From: a virus
Reading direction: 5' to 3' (one strand)
Virus record (IMG/VR): IMGVR_UViG_3300025889_000087
Location: 32,110-96,109 of that record
DNA length: 64,000 nucleotides
Part shown: positions 7,873 through 22,080 of the stretch, piece by piece
Position numbering within the stretch: position 1 is the stretch's first letter
Layout: each line of letters opens with the position of its first letter
Notes under the pieces: generated by a model
Told to the model about the DNA's origin: nothing
Database searches by the model: none
Seen by the model: only the letters and a program-made list of their open reading frames with translations
Translations under genes and position numbers: made by a program

Positions 7873-8381
7873 GCACGCTCGGCGTGGCGGGCTCGGCGGC
7901 ATAGCCGCATAGCGGCGCAGTGCTGCGCTTTTGCTGCGTTGGCTCGGCCACCCGTGGTGCTTTGTGGTGGGTGGCGGTGGCCCGCCCATCCCCGCAATAG
8001 GCTCGCCGTCCCCCGTTTAGCACGCCTCACCCGCCCTCGCTCGGCCCGATCCTGCTCTCGACGGGCCATCCATGGGCTCAAATCGCTGCACGGTGGGCCT
8101 TTTGCGGCTATGTGGCCCGCTCGCCCACCCTGTGGCTCGTGCTCCCTCACCAGTGGCCCGCCCTCAGCCGAGCCTGCCCCGACGCCCGGTCAGGCCGCTT
8201 TTGCTGCTACACGGTGCCTCCATGGGCGCAAAACGGGCATATGCCGGTATGTGGCCCGCCCCACCCCCTTCTGCGCAGATTTCCGCGCTCCGAGCCGTCG
8301 CCGCGCCACACCGCAGGGGTGCCGGACGGGCAGACTTTCGGTCACGGCCACGCAGAATGGGTGCGGTGAGCCCGTCGAGGC

Positions 8382-8434
8382 CATGTGCGGGGCATGAGTC
8401 CATGCTCATGGCCCATGCCCATGCCATGCTCATG
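8382..8434. repeat. Cluster of eight CATG tetramers
   Basis: CATG at 8382, 8393, 8401, 8407, 8414, 8420, 8425 and 8431. Confidence 0.9.
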
Positions 8435-8441
8435 GGGTCGG

Positions 8442-8551
8442 CTTTCTTCACTTTCTTCACTTTATTCATTCATATTTTTCTCTCCCCTTCCCCTCTATAC
8501 CCCTTTTCAGGGGTGTATCTCATAGGTGATGGATGATGAAAGTGATGAAAG
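8442..8551. repeat. Inverted sets of tandem 9-mers around a pyrimidine-rich spacer
   Basis: CTTTCTTCA x2 plus CTTTATTCA (8442-8468) face TGATGAAAG x2 (8534-8551); central ACCCCT-TTTC-AGGGGT (8499-8514). Confidence 0.75.
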
Positions 8552-8625
8552 ATTGAGGTTCAGTGGGCCGTTCACGGTAGCCCACCCAAAAACCGCTACG
8601 CTGCACCACGAAACGCTGCGCTTGA

Positions 8626-8649
8626 TTCATATACACCCCATGGTGTAGG
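8626..8649 (+). promoter_or_regulatory. Conserved viral promoter/operator, copy 1
   Basis: TTCATATAC-ACCCCAT-GGTGTAG, followed by a GGAGG SD and ATG 8670. Confidence 0.8.
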
Positions 8650-8669
8650 AAGGGCGACCGGAGGCCGAT

Positions 8670-13862
<5,193 letters not shown>

Positions 13863-13878
13863 GCAGGAGAGGGCGTGG

Positions 13879-14103
13879 ATGGGACGCTTCTCAAGCATCT
13901 TCGGCGGTGGCGATCGGCCCCTGCTCCCTATCACGGTGCAGGACCTTGAGTCGCTCCTTGAGCGCAGGAAGGGCCGACCTGACTCCCCGGTTATCCTCAC
14001 TGTTGGTGGCGAACGGCACGTTTTGCTGCGATTGGATGACTACGAACGCATCATGCGTGTGGTCGGCTCGATAGAAGCACTGGTCGCCGCCATGGACGAC
14101 TGA
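13879..14103 (+). CDS. Small protein resembling the Phd/YefM antitoxin DNA-binding fold
   Basis: PVILTVGGERHVLLRLDDYERI; SD-like GGAGAGG upstream. Confidence 0.5.
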   Translation: MGRFSSIFGGGDRPLLPITVQDLESLLERRKGRPDSPVILTVGGERHVLLRLDDYERIMRVVGSIEALVAAMDD

Positions 14104-14247
14104 CCTTTTGCGGATATGGCTCCAATCTCGGCTCGGCTGAGCCGTTCATCACGAACAACGGAGGGTTTAAGTGTGCATACGTTCTCGGGGCATGGACAAC
14201 CATGCCGTCGGGCGAACGGGGCACTGACCCTGCACCACAACGAGGGG

Positions 14248-14272
14248 TTCATATACCCCACACGGTGTGGAC
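14248..14272 (+). promoter_or_regulatory. Conserved viral promoter/operator, copy 2 (leaderless to ATG 14279)
   Basis: TTCATATAC-CCCACAC-GGTGTGGA. Confidence 0.8.
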
Positions 14273-14278
14273 TGGCTG

Positions 14279-15964
14279 ATGCCCCGAGCAGCAACAACCA
14301 CCGATGCCCCGCAGCAGACCGCCCACATGGTTGTCGTCGGCCACTTCACTGGCCTGACCGACACCCATGTTGAGGTCACGTTCCCCGCGCTGAGCGGGGA
14401 CCGCACCCTCTCCATTCAGCGCACGGATCTCCGTGCCTCCGGCTCAACCGGCGTTGCCGTCCCCGGCTCTCCGGCCCGCGCCGTGTCCTTCGCCTGCGCC
14501 GTCTGCCCCACCTGCAACAACGCGCCCGCCGACCGCCGCTCCGTGTCCTTCAGCACGGACAACGACGGAAACGAGGTTCGCACCGTCACCAAGTGCGACG
14601 GCTGCGACGGCAAGGGCCACATCAGCGACTTCGGCACTGACACTCCCGTCATCGACCCCGACCACGCCGACATCGTGGACCACCTGACAAACGGCAACCT
14701 GCCCCCCGGCGCTGAGCCCGTGTTCCGCTCCATGCAATCCGGTGGCCGCAGTGGCCGCATGGACCAGTGGGACGTTGAAATCACGGCCCGCCCCCTCATG
14801 GCGATGACCCCGAGCGGCGTCCCCGTGCCTGTGTCCCCCCTGATTGTGCAGCACTTCAATGAGGCATACGCCTCCGACGACATGCCCCACGGCGCACCCA
14901 TCGGACGCACCAAGACCGGCACCTACGCCACCGTGCAGCACCGCACCGCCCTTCAGCCCTTCATCGACCACTGCGAGTCTGCGGGCCTCTCCTACACGGC
15001 ATGGGGCGCGAACCGCGGCCAAGACGCCTATGTGGACATCATGCTCGCGGAGAACGGCACCAAGGAAGAAGTGATTGCGAACCTGAAGGCCCTCTCCCAA
15101 GCGGCGGGCAACGGCACCAACACCCACCCAAGCGGTGCCTTCGGCATGAGCGGCCTCCGCGAGAACCCCGACGCCATCATCCGCTTCGGCATCCAAATCC
15201 ACCACACCTTCGACGGTGCGTTCACCGTTCGCGGCATCGCTGAGCGTGTGGCCTGCCTCAACGGCATGGTCGCCACCAACGCCGAGGACCTGCTCTCCGT
15301 GCAGCACAAGAAGGGCGTCATGGACCGCATCAACTGGTCCGGCATGGCCCCGCTGCTCGCAGACGCCGCGCTCCGCCTTTACACGGAGATGCAGAACGTC
15401 GTGCGCATGAACCTGCTCCCCCTCGCCCCCGAGGACTGGGAGGCTTTGCTCGTGCTCGCTGAGCAGCGCGGCATCCTCTCGTGGCCCTCGCTCGGTCAGC
15501 AGAACCAACTGACCGGCGGTCGCGTCTTCCGCGCCGCTGCTCAGGGATGGCAGAACCCCGCGCTCCCATGGGTCGCCGTGGGCGGCAACGACGGCGATGT
15601 CGTCGGCAGCCTCAACCACGCGCTCAACGTCTTCACGGGCATCATCACCCATCAGGTCGAGGCCCACGACGCCCACGGTCGCGTGACCGGCGGGAAGGCG
15701 ATTTCCGTGGCCCGCACGCAGGACATGCTTCAGCGCGTCCACATGCTGATGCGCGAGGTTCAGGACAACGCCGAAGCCGCCGCCAGTGCTGCCGGTGCCT
15801 CCGACGACGTGGGCTCGTGGGTCTTCCACCACGGCATCCCCATGCTCGCCAACGTGGCCCACGAGGACGCTGACGAGGGGCACATCCTCCCCCGCATCAC
15901 CGTGAACCCCGGTCAGGACACCGAGCGCAGCGTGCAACTGCTCTCCGCCATCCCCACGGCCTGA
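14279..15964 (+). CDS. DUF932/DUF945-like phage protein with N-terminal Zn finger
   Basis: IHHTFDGAFTVRGIAERVACLNGMV matches the DUF932 pattern; CPTC...CDGC near the N-terminus. Start placed by promoter spacing. Confidence 0.65.
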   Translation: MPRAATTTDAPQQTAHMVVVGHFTGLTDTHVEVTFPALSGDRTLSIQRTDLRASGSTGVAVPGSPARAVSFACAVCPTCNNAPADRRSVSFSTDNDGNEVRTVTKCDGCDGKGHISDFGTDTPVIDPDHADIVDHLTNGNLPPGAEPVFRSMQSGGRSGRMDQWDVEITARPLMAMTPSGVPVPVSPLIVQHFNEAYASDDMPHGAPIGRTKTGTYATVQHRTALQPFIDHCESAGLSYTAWGANRGQDAYVDIMLAENGTKEEVIANLKALSQAAGNGTNTHPSGAFGMSGLRENPDAIIRFGIQIHHTFDGAFTVRGIAERVACLNGMVATNAEDLLSVQHKKGVMDRINWSGMAPLLADAALRLYTEMQNVVRMNLLPLAPEDWEALLVLAEQRGILSWPSLGQQNQLTGGRVFRAAAQGWQNPALPWVAVGGNDGDVVGSLNHALNVFTGIITHQVEAHDAHGRVTGGKAISVARTQDMLQRVHMLMREVQDNAEAAASAAGASDDVGSWVFHHGIPMLANVAHEDADEGHILPRITVNPGQDTERSVQLLSAIPTA

Positions 15965-16001
15965 GCCCCACGATACGGCACGAACCACGGAGGACGGAAG
16001 C

Positions 16002-16526
16002 ATGAGCACCCTCAGCACCCCCGACGCGCCCGAGCAGGTCGTCGTCGTGTTCCGCATCAACAAGACGGGCGCGAGCCCCGACGGCATCAGCGGGCACGAC
16101 CTGATGACCGGACTCCTTCGGGCGTCCCTGCCGCCGCAGGAGAGCACGGTCATGGCCCTGCTCCCCTATGTGCCCCTGCCCCCCGGTGAGAAGAGCCGCG
16201 ACATGGTGGCGGCCCTCAACGCCAAGGGGCAGCGCGTGATCGTCCACTGGCCCTCGGTCATCAAGGACACGCGCCCGTCCACCATGGACGAGCACGGGTC
16301 CCTGCTCGCGGACATGCTGCACCACGGCTATGCCCCCGAGGTCATCGAGGCTCGGCAGGTGGACGCGCTGCGCCGCCGCGCCGAGGTCCCGATGGACGCA
16401 CCCGAGCCCGAGGCTGAGCCCGAGATTGAGGACGACACGACCGTCGAGGTTGAGTCGTTCACCATCAACGGCACAATCGGCGGCGAGGTGGGCTTCGGCT
16501 CCGGCTTCACGGAGGAATGGGCTTGA
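16002..16526 (+). CDS. Hypothetical protein with acidic C-terminus
   Basis: GGAGG SD; codon style matches neighbours. Confidence 0.75.
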   Translation: MSTLSTPDAPEQVVVVFRINKTGASPDGISGHDLMTGLLRASLPPQESTVMALLPYVPLPPGEKSRDMVAALNAKGQRVIVHWPSVIKDTRPSTMDEHGSLLADMLHHGYAPEVIEARQVDALRRRAEVPMDAPEPEAEPEIEDDTTVEVESFTINGTIGGEVGFGSGFTEEWA

Positions 16527-16816
16527 AGGTCGTCGTCGTGACCCGCATTGAGGGAGGCATCCCTGAGATTATCCACGTCAGCGATAGCATCGCAAACGCG
16601 AGGAAGGCCCTCGGTGAAGGAGCAGTGCGCCGTTCGGCAGACGGTGTTGGGCAATTGTGGGAAGAAGGGTATTACCTTGATTCTGATGTCGAATGGCGTG
16701 TCGATGAAGCCACCATGGACCCCGCCGCTTTTGAGCGGATGGGAGCGAAGCGGTATGGGGCTCTTTTCGCCTTGATGCTCGCAGCCCACGAGCACAACAA
16801 GGAGGCAGACGCATGA
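16517..16816 (+). CDS. Hypothetical protein
   Basis: Overlap-coupled with flanking genes. Confidence 0.7.
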   Translation: MGLKVVVVTRIEGGIPEIIHVSDSIANARKALGEGAVRRSADGVGQLWEEGYYLDSDVEWRVDEATMDPAAFERMGAKRYGALFALMLAAHEHNKEADA

Positions 16817-17268
16817 GCGCACGACAGGCGGTGACGATCGAGCGGCAGGACATGGACCTGTTCATGGACGCGCTCGGCTTCACCGAGGCCGATGTCCCCG
16901 GATGCACGGAGGTGTGCTATGAGGCCCCTTACGGTGAGCAGGGATGCCGCGCCCGCATCTATTCGTCAATCAGCACGAACGACGGAACGAGTCGCCTCCT
17001 TGGGCGCGATGCCATCCGCGTGGTGTGCATCGACCCCGACGGCAACGTGTTCCTCAAGCCGTTCCCTCGCGTTCACCGCATAACGACGTGGAGGAAGAAC
17101 CTGCTAAGCCGCATTGACTCCCTGTTCGCGGCACCCGAGGATTACGGGTGGACCGAACCCATCCCCTGCTCCTGCGGTGGCCTGCTGCGGGTCAAGCCGG
17201 GACGGCACGGCCCGTTCATGGGCTGCTCGGCCTTCCCCGTTTGTCGTGAAACACGGAGGGTTGCTTGA
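16813..17268 (+). CDS. Hypothetical protein with topoisomerase I-type C4 zinc ribbon
   Basis: C-terminal CSCGGLLRVKPGRHGPFMGCSAFPVCR. Confidence 0.8.
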   Translation: MSARQAVTIERQDMDLFMDALGFTEADVPGCTEVCYEAPYGEQGCRARIYSSISTNDGTSRLLGRDAIRVVCIDPDGNVFLKPFPRVHRITTWRKNLLSRIDSLFAAPEDYGWTEPIPCSCGGLLRVKPGRHGPFMGCSAFPVCRETRRVA

Positions 17269-17549
17269 TGGCGAAGCGGAGCGGATTCACCCCGGCGACG
17301 TGGGACTCGCTGCCCCGAGGAAAGGCCGTCAAGACCGCACGGCGCGTGTGGTTGGCCGTCAAGCAGACCACAGGCACCCCACCCACGTTGCTTCGATACA
17401 TTCCCCCGAGCGTGACCGCCGAGGACGGCACACGCCTCAACACGTCCCGATGGGTGATTCATCACGAACACGGGAAGGTGCATCTCATCGGGTCGTCGGA
17501 CCGGGTAATTGCGGATATAGAGAGCGGAGCCATGGAGGCGATGTCGTGA
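17268..17549 (+). CDS. Hypothetical protein
   Basis: TGATG coupling and SD. Confidence 0.7.
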   Translation: MAKRSGFTPATWDSLPRGKAVKTARRVWLAVKQTTGTPPTLLRYIPPSVTAEDGTRLNTSRWVIHHEHGKVHLIGSSDRVIADIESGAMEAMS

Positions 17550-17767
17550 GCGTCAGCATCGGGCAACACTGGATAAACAATTGGACCCGCGAGATCCTCA
17601 TCGTGACCGAAGTGCGCGAAGGCGCGACCCTCTCAACAGGCATCGTGAGCACCCATAACACGAGCACCGGAAAGCCGGAGCACTGGTCCCATGGGTTCTT
17701 CCTTGAAGCACACAAAGAGGTGGGTTCATATACACCCGACGGTGTGGATGATTTGCCGGAGGCGTGA
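17546..17767 (+). CDS. Hypothetical protein
   Basis: GTGA overlap after GGAGG; VSVSIGQHWINNWTRE. Confidence 0.55.
   Translation: MSVSIGQHWINNWTREILIVTEVREGATLSTGIVSTHNTSTGKPEHWSHGFFLEAHKEVGSYTPDGVDDLPEA
17725..17748 (+). promoter_or_regulatory. Conserved viral promoter/operator, copy 3
   Basis: TTCATATAC-ACCCGAC-GGTGTGGA. Confidence 0.8.
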
Positions 17768-17769
17768 AC

Positions 17770-18012
17770 ATGACACTGTATCTCAATGACCTGCTAACCA
17801 TCGTGAACGAATTGGGTTGCCTTCAGTTGGACCAAGTGGAGTCCCTGTCTGAAGGTAGCACCGACCAAGACGACTACAACCACAACGCCCTGCGGGAGAT
17901 TGTTCGCGCCCTTCGGCGCATTCAGAACCGCCTCGACCCCGAGGGTGATGATGTGGTGGACCTGTGGGGCGACATCGCCCACGCTGAGGCTCTCATGGAG
18001 GTGGACGAATGA
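17770..18012 (+). CDS. Hypothetical acidic protein
   Basis: Downstream of promoter copy 3 and GGAGG. Confidence 0.7.
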   Translation: MTLYLNDLLTIVNELGCLQLDQVESLSEGSTDQDDYNHNALREIVRALRRIQNRLDPEGDDVVDLWGDIAHAEALMEVDE

Positions 18013-18260
18013 GCGCATCCTGCGACTTCAGCGATCTCGGCAACGTCGCCATGGAGAAGGTGAACGGGCAGCGCGTTGTGTGTTTCATGCCGAACGGCAA
18101 GGACACCGCCGAGCGTGATGCGAACCTGCTCAAGATGGACCGCCGACTCACGGCGTGGTCCGAGGAACGCGGATGGACCCGCGGCATCCTCCTAACCAAC
18201 ACCACGCGCTATCCTGTCCCCTGCGTCATTGTGCAGGTCCCATGGGAGGTGAGCGCATGA
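18009..18260 (+). CDS. Hypothetical protein
   Basis: GGAGGTG SD, ATGA overlap. Confidence 0.7.
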   Translation: MSASCDFSDLGNVAMEKVNGQRVVCFMPNGKDTAERDANLLKMDRRLTAWSEERGWTRGILLTNTTRYPVPCVIVQVPWEVSA

Positions 18261-18481
18261 GCGAGATTCACAACGCCCGTTGCTGCGGCTGCAATCGCCG
18301 CATTGACGTGAACGGACAAGTTCGGCGTCGAGGTTCGTTGGACTTCAACAACATGAGGCAAGTGCGCGAGGCCGCGAAGAACCACCGTTGGTTCTGCACG
18401 AATTACACGGGCGACTTTCACATCACCGCGACGTGGTATCACGACGGCACGGCGGAGTGGTATGTGGAGGTGAGCGCATGA
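18257..18481 (+). CDS. Hypothetical Cys-containing protein
   Basis: Starts at a GGAGGTGAGCGCATGA junction; MSEIHNARCCGC. Confidence 0.7.
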   Translation: MSEIHNARCCGCNRRIDVNGQVRRRGSLDFNNMRQVREAAKNHRWFCTNYTGDFHITATWYHDGTAEWYVEVSA

Positions 18482-18891
18482 GCGATTCGGCACGAATGAC
18501 CTGTGGCTGCACCACCGACGAGGTGCCGTGGGAGGACCGCGTTCTCGGTGAAGCCTGCGGCTGCACGTCCTGTGTGTCCTGTGCCCTCATCGACACGCAG
18601 GACCCGAACCCAAGCAATTGGCGTTGTTGCGCGGTCCAGTGCTCAGCAGGTCCGTCCTGCAACGCGGCTCCGCATCGCCGCAAAACCACGGTTCACGACC
18701 GCCGCGGCTATTCCTTTCAGGAGCACCCTCGCCGGGTGCTTTGGTTTTGCACGTCCCGGTGCCTCATGATCTACCTGATAAGAAGAGAATACGTTGCCTT
18801 TGCGTTCGATCCCCGATGGGGCCATGGTCCAATTGTCGGGTTGTCTTCATATACACTACACGGTGTGGCTGAGCCGGAGGACTCTCAATGA
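18478..18891 (+). CDS. Hypothetical Cys-rich (Zn-binding) protein
   Basis: Starts at a GGAGGTGAGCGCATGA junction; many Cys pairs; 3' extent uncertain. Confidence 0.5.
   Translation: MSDSARMTCGCTTDEVPWEDRVLGEACGCTSCVSCALIDTQDPNPSNWRCCAVQCSAGPSCNAAPHRRKTTVHDRRGYSFQEHPRRVLWFCTSRCLMIYLIRREYVAFAFDPRWGHGPIVGLSSYTLHGVAEPEDSQ
18846..18868 (+). promoter_or_regulatory. Conserved viral promoter/operator, copy 4
   Basis: TTCATATAC-ACTACAC-GGTGTGG. Confidence 0.8.
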
Positions 18892-19403
18892 ACATCTTCG
18901 TGCTCGACCAAGACCCGAACGTGGCCGCCTTCGACCACGACGACGTGCGCGTCGTCAAGATGGTGCTTGAGGCAGGACAGATGCTCGCCACGAGCCTCCG
19001 TGCTCACGGCATGACCGACGAGGACATGCTCGCCGCAGGCATCGTCACCAAGGCAGGAACGCCATGGCGAGCCACGCACAAGCACCACCCCTGCACCCTT
19101 TGGGCCTCGGAGACCCGCGCCAATTTCGTGTGGCTCTCCCACCACGCCACGGCGTTGTGCGCAGCATACACCACACGCTTCGATCGCATCCACGCCTCGA
19201 CTGTCCCAATTTACCACATGACTCAGCACAAATGGCTGATACCTGACGGGCCGCTCACGCCGTTCGCGCTCGCTATGCCGGACGACTTCAAGAGCGACGA
19301 CCCGGTGGCTTCCTATCGTGCCTATTACCTGTCGAAGCCCAACGTCCGTTGGTCCCATGTCCCTGTCCCTGATTGGGCACGAACCGTGGAGGTGAGCGCA
19401 TGA
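18888..19403 (+). CDS. Pyrimidine dimer DNA glycosylase / endonuclease V-like protein
   Basis: MNIFVLD, VVKMVLEAGQML, THKHHPCTLW and DPVASYRAYY, characteristic of the Pyr_excise-like family. Confidence 0.8.
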   Translation: MNIFVLDQDPNVAAFDHDDVRVVKMVLEAGQMLATSLRAHGMTDEDMLAAGIVTKAGTPWRATHKHHPCTLWASETRANFVWLSHHATALCAAYTTRFDRIHASTVPIYHMTQHKWLIPDGPLTPFALAMPDDFKSDDPVASYRAYYLSKPNVRWSHVPVPDWARTVEVSA

Positions 19404-20014
19404 GGTTCCGTCGGGAGGACGGCACAATGATCGTGAGGTATGCCTTTGACGAAGGCCACGAGCAATACGTCTATCCCGTCGTCTATGACGGCGTGTCTGA
19501 AGCGATGGATTGGGAATACACACAACGTCTGTTTAATGACGAGAAAACCCTCCCTTATCTCCCCGGAATCAGCAAGCGTTCGCTTGCTCAACAGGCGAAG
19601 TGGTATCACGAGCAATACGAGAATGGCTTTCATCTTGGACTCGCTCTTCGGATGCGAGGGCACAAGAAAAGGAAGATTGTGGGAATGGAATACCCTACCG
19701 ACAAGAAGGGAAACAGAACGTCTTGGTCGAAAGTCTTGGTGTATTCGATGACGGTCCGTGAAATGACGCGGAAGGCGGAGCGTTTCGCCACCGCCTTCAA
19801 CCGTCTAAACAAGGTCTTGGTGGCCGAGGTGTATGGCCCGTTGAACGTGACTGAATACCCCGGAGCCCCCGCGGAGAATTGCTACGAGGTGGGCGTCCAA
19901 TTCACGACGAAATACAGGCTCGGTCATTTGCAGCCCCGCCCCTCGTTCAAATTGAGCCTGCTTGAAGGGTGCGATTGGTTGGATAATTTCTACGGTCGTC
20001 GGGAGGTGGTCTAA
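19400..20014 (+). CDS. Hypothetical protein
   Basis: Starts at a GGAGGTGAGCGCATGA junction. Confidence 0.7.
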   Translation: MRFRREDGTMIVRYAFDEGHEQYVYPVVYDGVSEAMDWEYTQRLFNDEKTLPYLPGISKRSLAQQAKWYHEQYENGFHLGLALRMRGHKKRKIVGMEYPTDKKGNRTSWSKVLVYSMTVREMTRKAERFATAFNRLNKVLVAEVYGPLNVTEYPGAPAENCYEVGVQFTTKYRLGHLQPRPSFKLSLLEGCDWLDNFYGRREVV

Positions 20015-20248
20015 GTGATTGGTGATGAATGGCGGGAGCCTTGGTGGATGAGCGAGGAAGCGTCCGACGCCAACGTCCCCGAGGGCGACATGAGGACCGC
20101 TGAAGAGAAGGCCGAGGACGACGAGGCCAACGCCGATCCTCACCACTGCTGCGGTGGCTATTCCCAGTGGTGCTCCTGCACCCAACCCAATTTCTCCATG
20201 AGCGTATCAACGTGGGGCTATTCCTTTTGGCAATTCACGGAGGCTTGA
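20015..20248 (+). CDS. Hypothetical small protein
   Basis: Fills the gap between genes; GGAGGTG SD. Confidence 0.55.
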   Translation: MIGDEWREPWWMSEEASDANVPEGDMRTAEEKAEDDEANADPHHCCGGYSQWCSCTQPNFSMSVSTWGYSFWQFTEA

Positions 20249-20250
20249 GC

Positions 20251-21597
20251 ATGAAGGCATACCAATGGCAGAAGGAGGCACTGGAAGCGTGGAAGGAGAG
20301 CAAAGGGCGGATGACCGTTGCTGCCGTGACCGGAGCAGGAAAGACGCACTTCGCTGATATGGTGGTTCAGCACGAATCACGGAGGTTCGGCAGGAAGGAT
20401 TACCTGTGCGTCCACGTCGTGGTGCCGACCCGTGCCCTCATGGAGCAGTGGCGGGACGCTATCGACGCCGCGTTTGTCCCTGACGCGAAGCCGCAAAAGC
20501 GCATTGGGCGAACAGGCGGTGGCTCGATCGAGGGGTGGCCGAATTGCGTCGTCTATGAGCGGGTGGTTCAGTGGAACATCGTGAGCCTCAACGCCATGCG
20601 CGAAGGAAAGCACACATGGGCTCCTTACGACGCCGACAATCTCGTGATTGTGGATGAATGCCACAACCTGCGCGGGGAGAAGAGCAGCCGTGCCCTCGAC
20701 AACATCCCCGAGGACGCGAAGGTGCTCGGCCTCTCCGCCACGCCCCATCCCTCTCCTGAAGCGGCACAAATCGTGGAGCGACTGTGTGGCCCCATCGGCT
20801 ATCGGTATCGGTATGCTCAGGCCCTTCAAGACGGCGTTATCCCACCGTTCGTGCTGAAAGCCGTGGCCCTGCCGCTGAGCCCGGAGGAACGGTCCGAGGT
20901 GGCCTCCATCACGGACACGCTGAAGTCCGTCATGCGCTCAGCCGACCGGGAATACGGTGCCGAGAGGAACCGCCTGCTCGCTATCGCCAAGGCATGTGGT
21001 CTCAAGAGGAAGCGTGTGCTCAACGCCGCTCGATCTCGCATCCACATGGCCCTTCGTGTCGTGAACCACCATGGGGCCGACGTGCCGACCATGCTCTTTC
21101 ACAACACCACCGAAGCGGTGGACCGGCTCGCTGAATTGTCGCACCATCTCAACCCGGCGGTGTATCATAGCAACCTGAGCGGGGACAGTCCCTTTGCTGA
21201 TTTGGAGGATTTCGTGTCAGGCACCACGAACCACCTGTATTCGTGCCTCGCGCTCACTGAGGGGTTCAACGTGCCCCGAGTCAAGGTGGCGATTATGATG
21301 AGCGGCCCCAACGCGCCGCTGAAGCGTATTCAGACGCTCGGTCGGTGCCTCCGTGGGCGCAGTGATGAGCCAAACATCATCTATTTCTTTTACATCAAGG
21401 GAACCAAGGACGAGGACGGCCTGCACAACCTGTTGATGGAAGGCGACATCCCTCCCGAAGTCGTTGAGCATTACGCCATGAACGACGAATGGATGGAGCC
21501 AACGGGTCCTCCCGCAGTGGCGAGGAATTGGTGGCAACAATTGTGCGACGACGTGGACAACATGACCGCCGACGACTTCTTCGCAGACTGGGAATGA
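20251..21597 (+). CDS. SF2 DExH helicase (XPB/Rad25/ResIII-like)
   Basis: AYQWQ Q-motif, AVTGAGKT, IVDECH, LSATP, LTEGFNVP, IQTLGRCLR. Confidence 0.92.
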   Translation: MKAYQWQKEALEAWKESKGRMTVAAVTGAGKTHFADMVVQHESRRFGRKDYLCVHVVVPTRALMEQWRDAIDAAFVPDAKPQKRIGRTGGGSIEGWPNCVVYERVVQWNIVSLNAMREGKHTWAPYDADNLVIVDECHNLRGEKSSRALDNIPEDAKVLGLSATPHPSPEAAQIVERLCGPIGYRYRYAQALQDGVIPPFVLKAVALPLSPEERSEVASITDTLKSVMRSADREYGAERNRLLAIAKACGLKRKRVLNAARSRIHMALRVVNHHGADVPTMLFHNTTEAVDRLAELSHHLNPAVYHSNLSGDSPFADLEDFVSGTTNHLYSCLALTEGFNVPRVKVAIMMSGPNAPLKRIQTLGRCLRGRSDEPNIIYFFYIKGTKDEDGLHNLLMEGDIPPEVVEHYAMNDEWMEPTGPPAVARNWWQQLCDDVDNMTADDFFADWE

Positions 21598-21648
21598 ACG
21601 ATGCTTCCTTTATCACCCCCACCCCCTTCGGATAGGACAGTGAGCAAT

Positions 21649-22071
21649 ATGGCGAACAGGAAAGCACCAACCAAGATCAACCGGAAGAAATTGAAGGCCC
21701 TGATGGCTGAGAACGAGTCCATGGGGGCAGGACACATCGCCCGCCTCTATTTGGACTCGCTCGGGAAGAAGGCCGACCGACCGAAGCATCAGTCGGTCTA
21801 CAACCTCGTGCGCGAATTGCGCGGTGACGCCTTCAAGAGCCCCGTGAAGCCCACGAAGGACAACCCATACGCCCCGGACGCCAAAACGAAGGCCATGGAG
21901 GATGTGCCGTTCGTGACGGCGCGGGAACTGTTGGCGGCTCGCACGGTCAAGGAGGAAGACCCTTACGCCAACGACCCAATCATCATCAACCTGCGCTCGC
22001 GCATCGCTCATTACGAGCACGTCGTCGCTGACCTGAAGAATGCACTGCGCCTCATCATTAAGCACAAGTGA
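21649..22071 (+). CDS. Hypothetical basic protein, possibly DNA-binding
   Basis: Lys-rich; TATA-like CTTTATCA at 21608. Confidence 0.7.
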   Translation: MANRKAPTKINRKKLKALMAENESMGAGHIARLYLDSLGKKADRPKHQSVYNLVRELRGDAFKSPVKPTKDNPYAPDAKTKAMEDVPFVTARELLAARTVKEEDPYANDPIIINLRSRIAHYEHVVADLKNALRLIIKHK

Positions 22072-22080
22072 GGGAGAATT

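Larger units (their letters stand above)
7640..8625. other. Structured non-coding region between divergent transcription units (candidate origin, genome terminus or packaging site)
   Basis: No credible ORF; contains A/T tracts, hairpins, a CATG cluster and inverted 9-mer repeats. Confidence 0.55.

Noticed and set aside
7385-8536. Several 100-200 aa ORFs in the intergenic region
   Set aside because: They cross homopolymers and hairpins, have atypical composition and lack SD or coupling.
14444-16153. 569-aa minus-strand ORF
   Set aside because: Antisense shadow of the DUF932-like gene.
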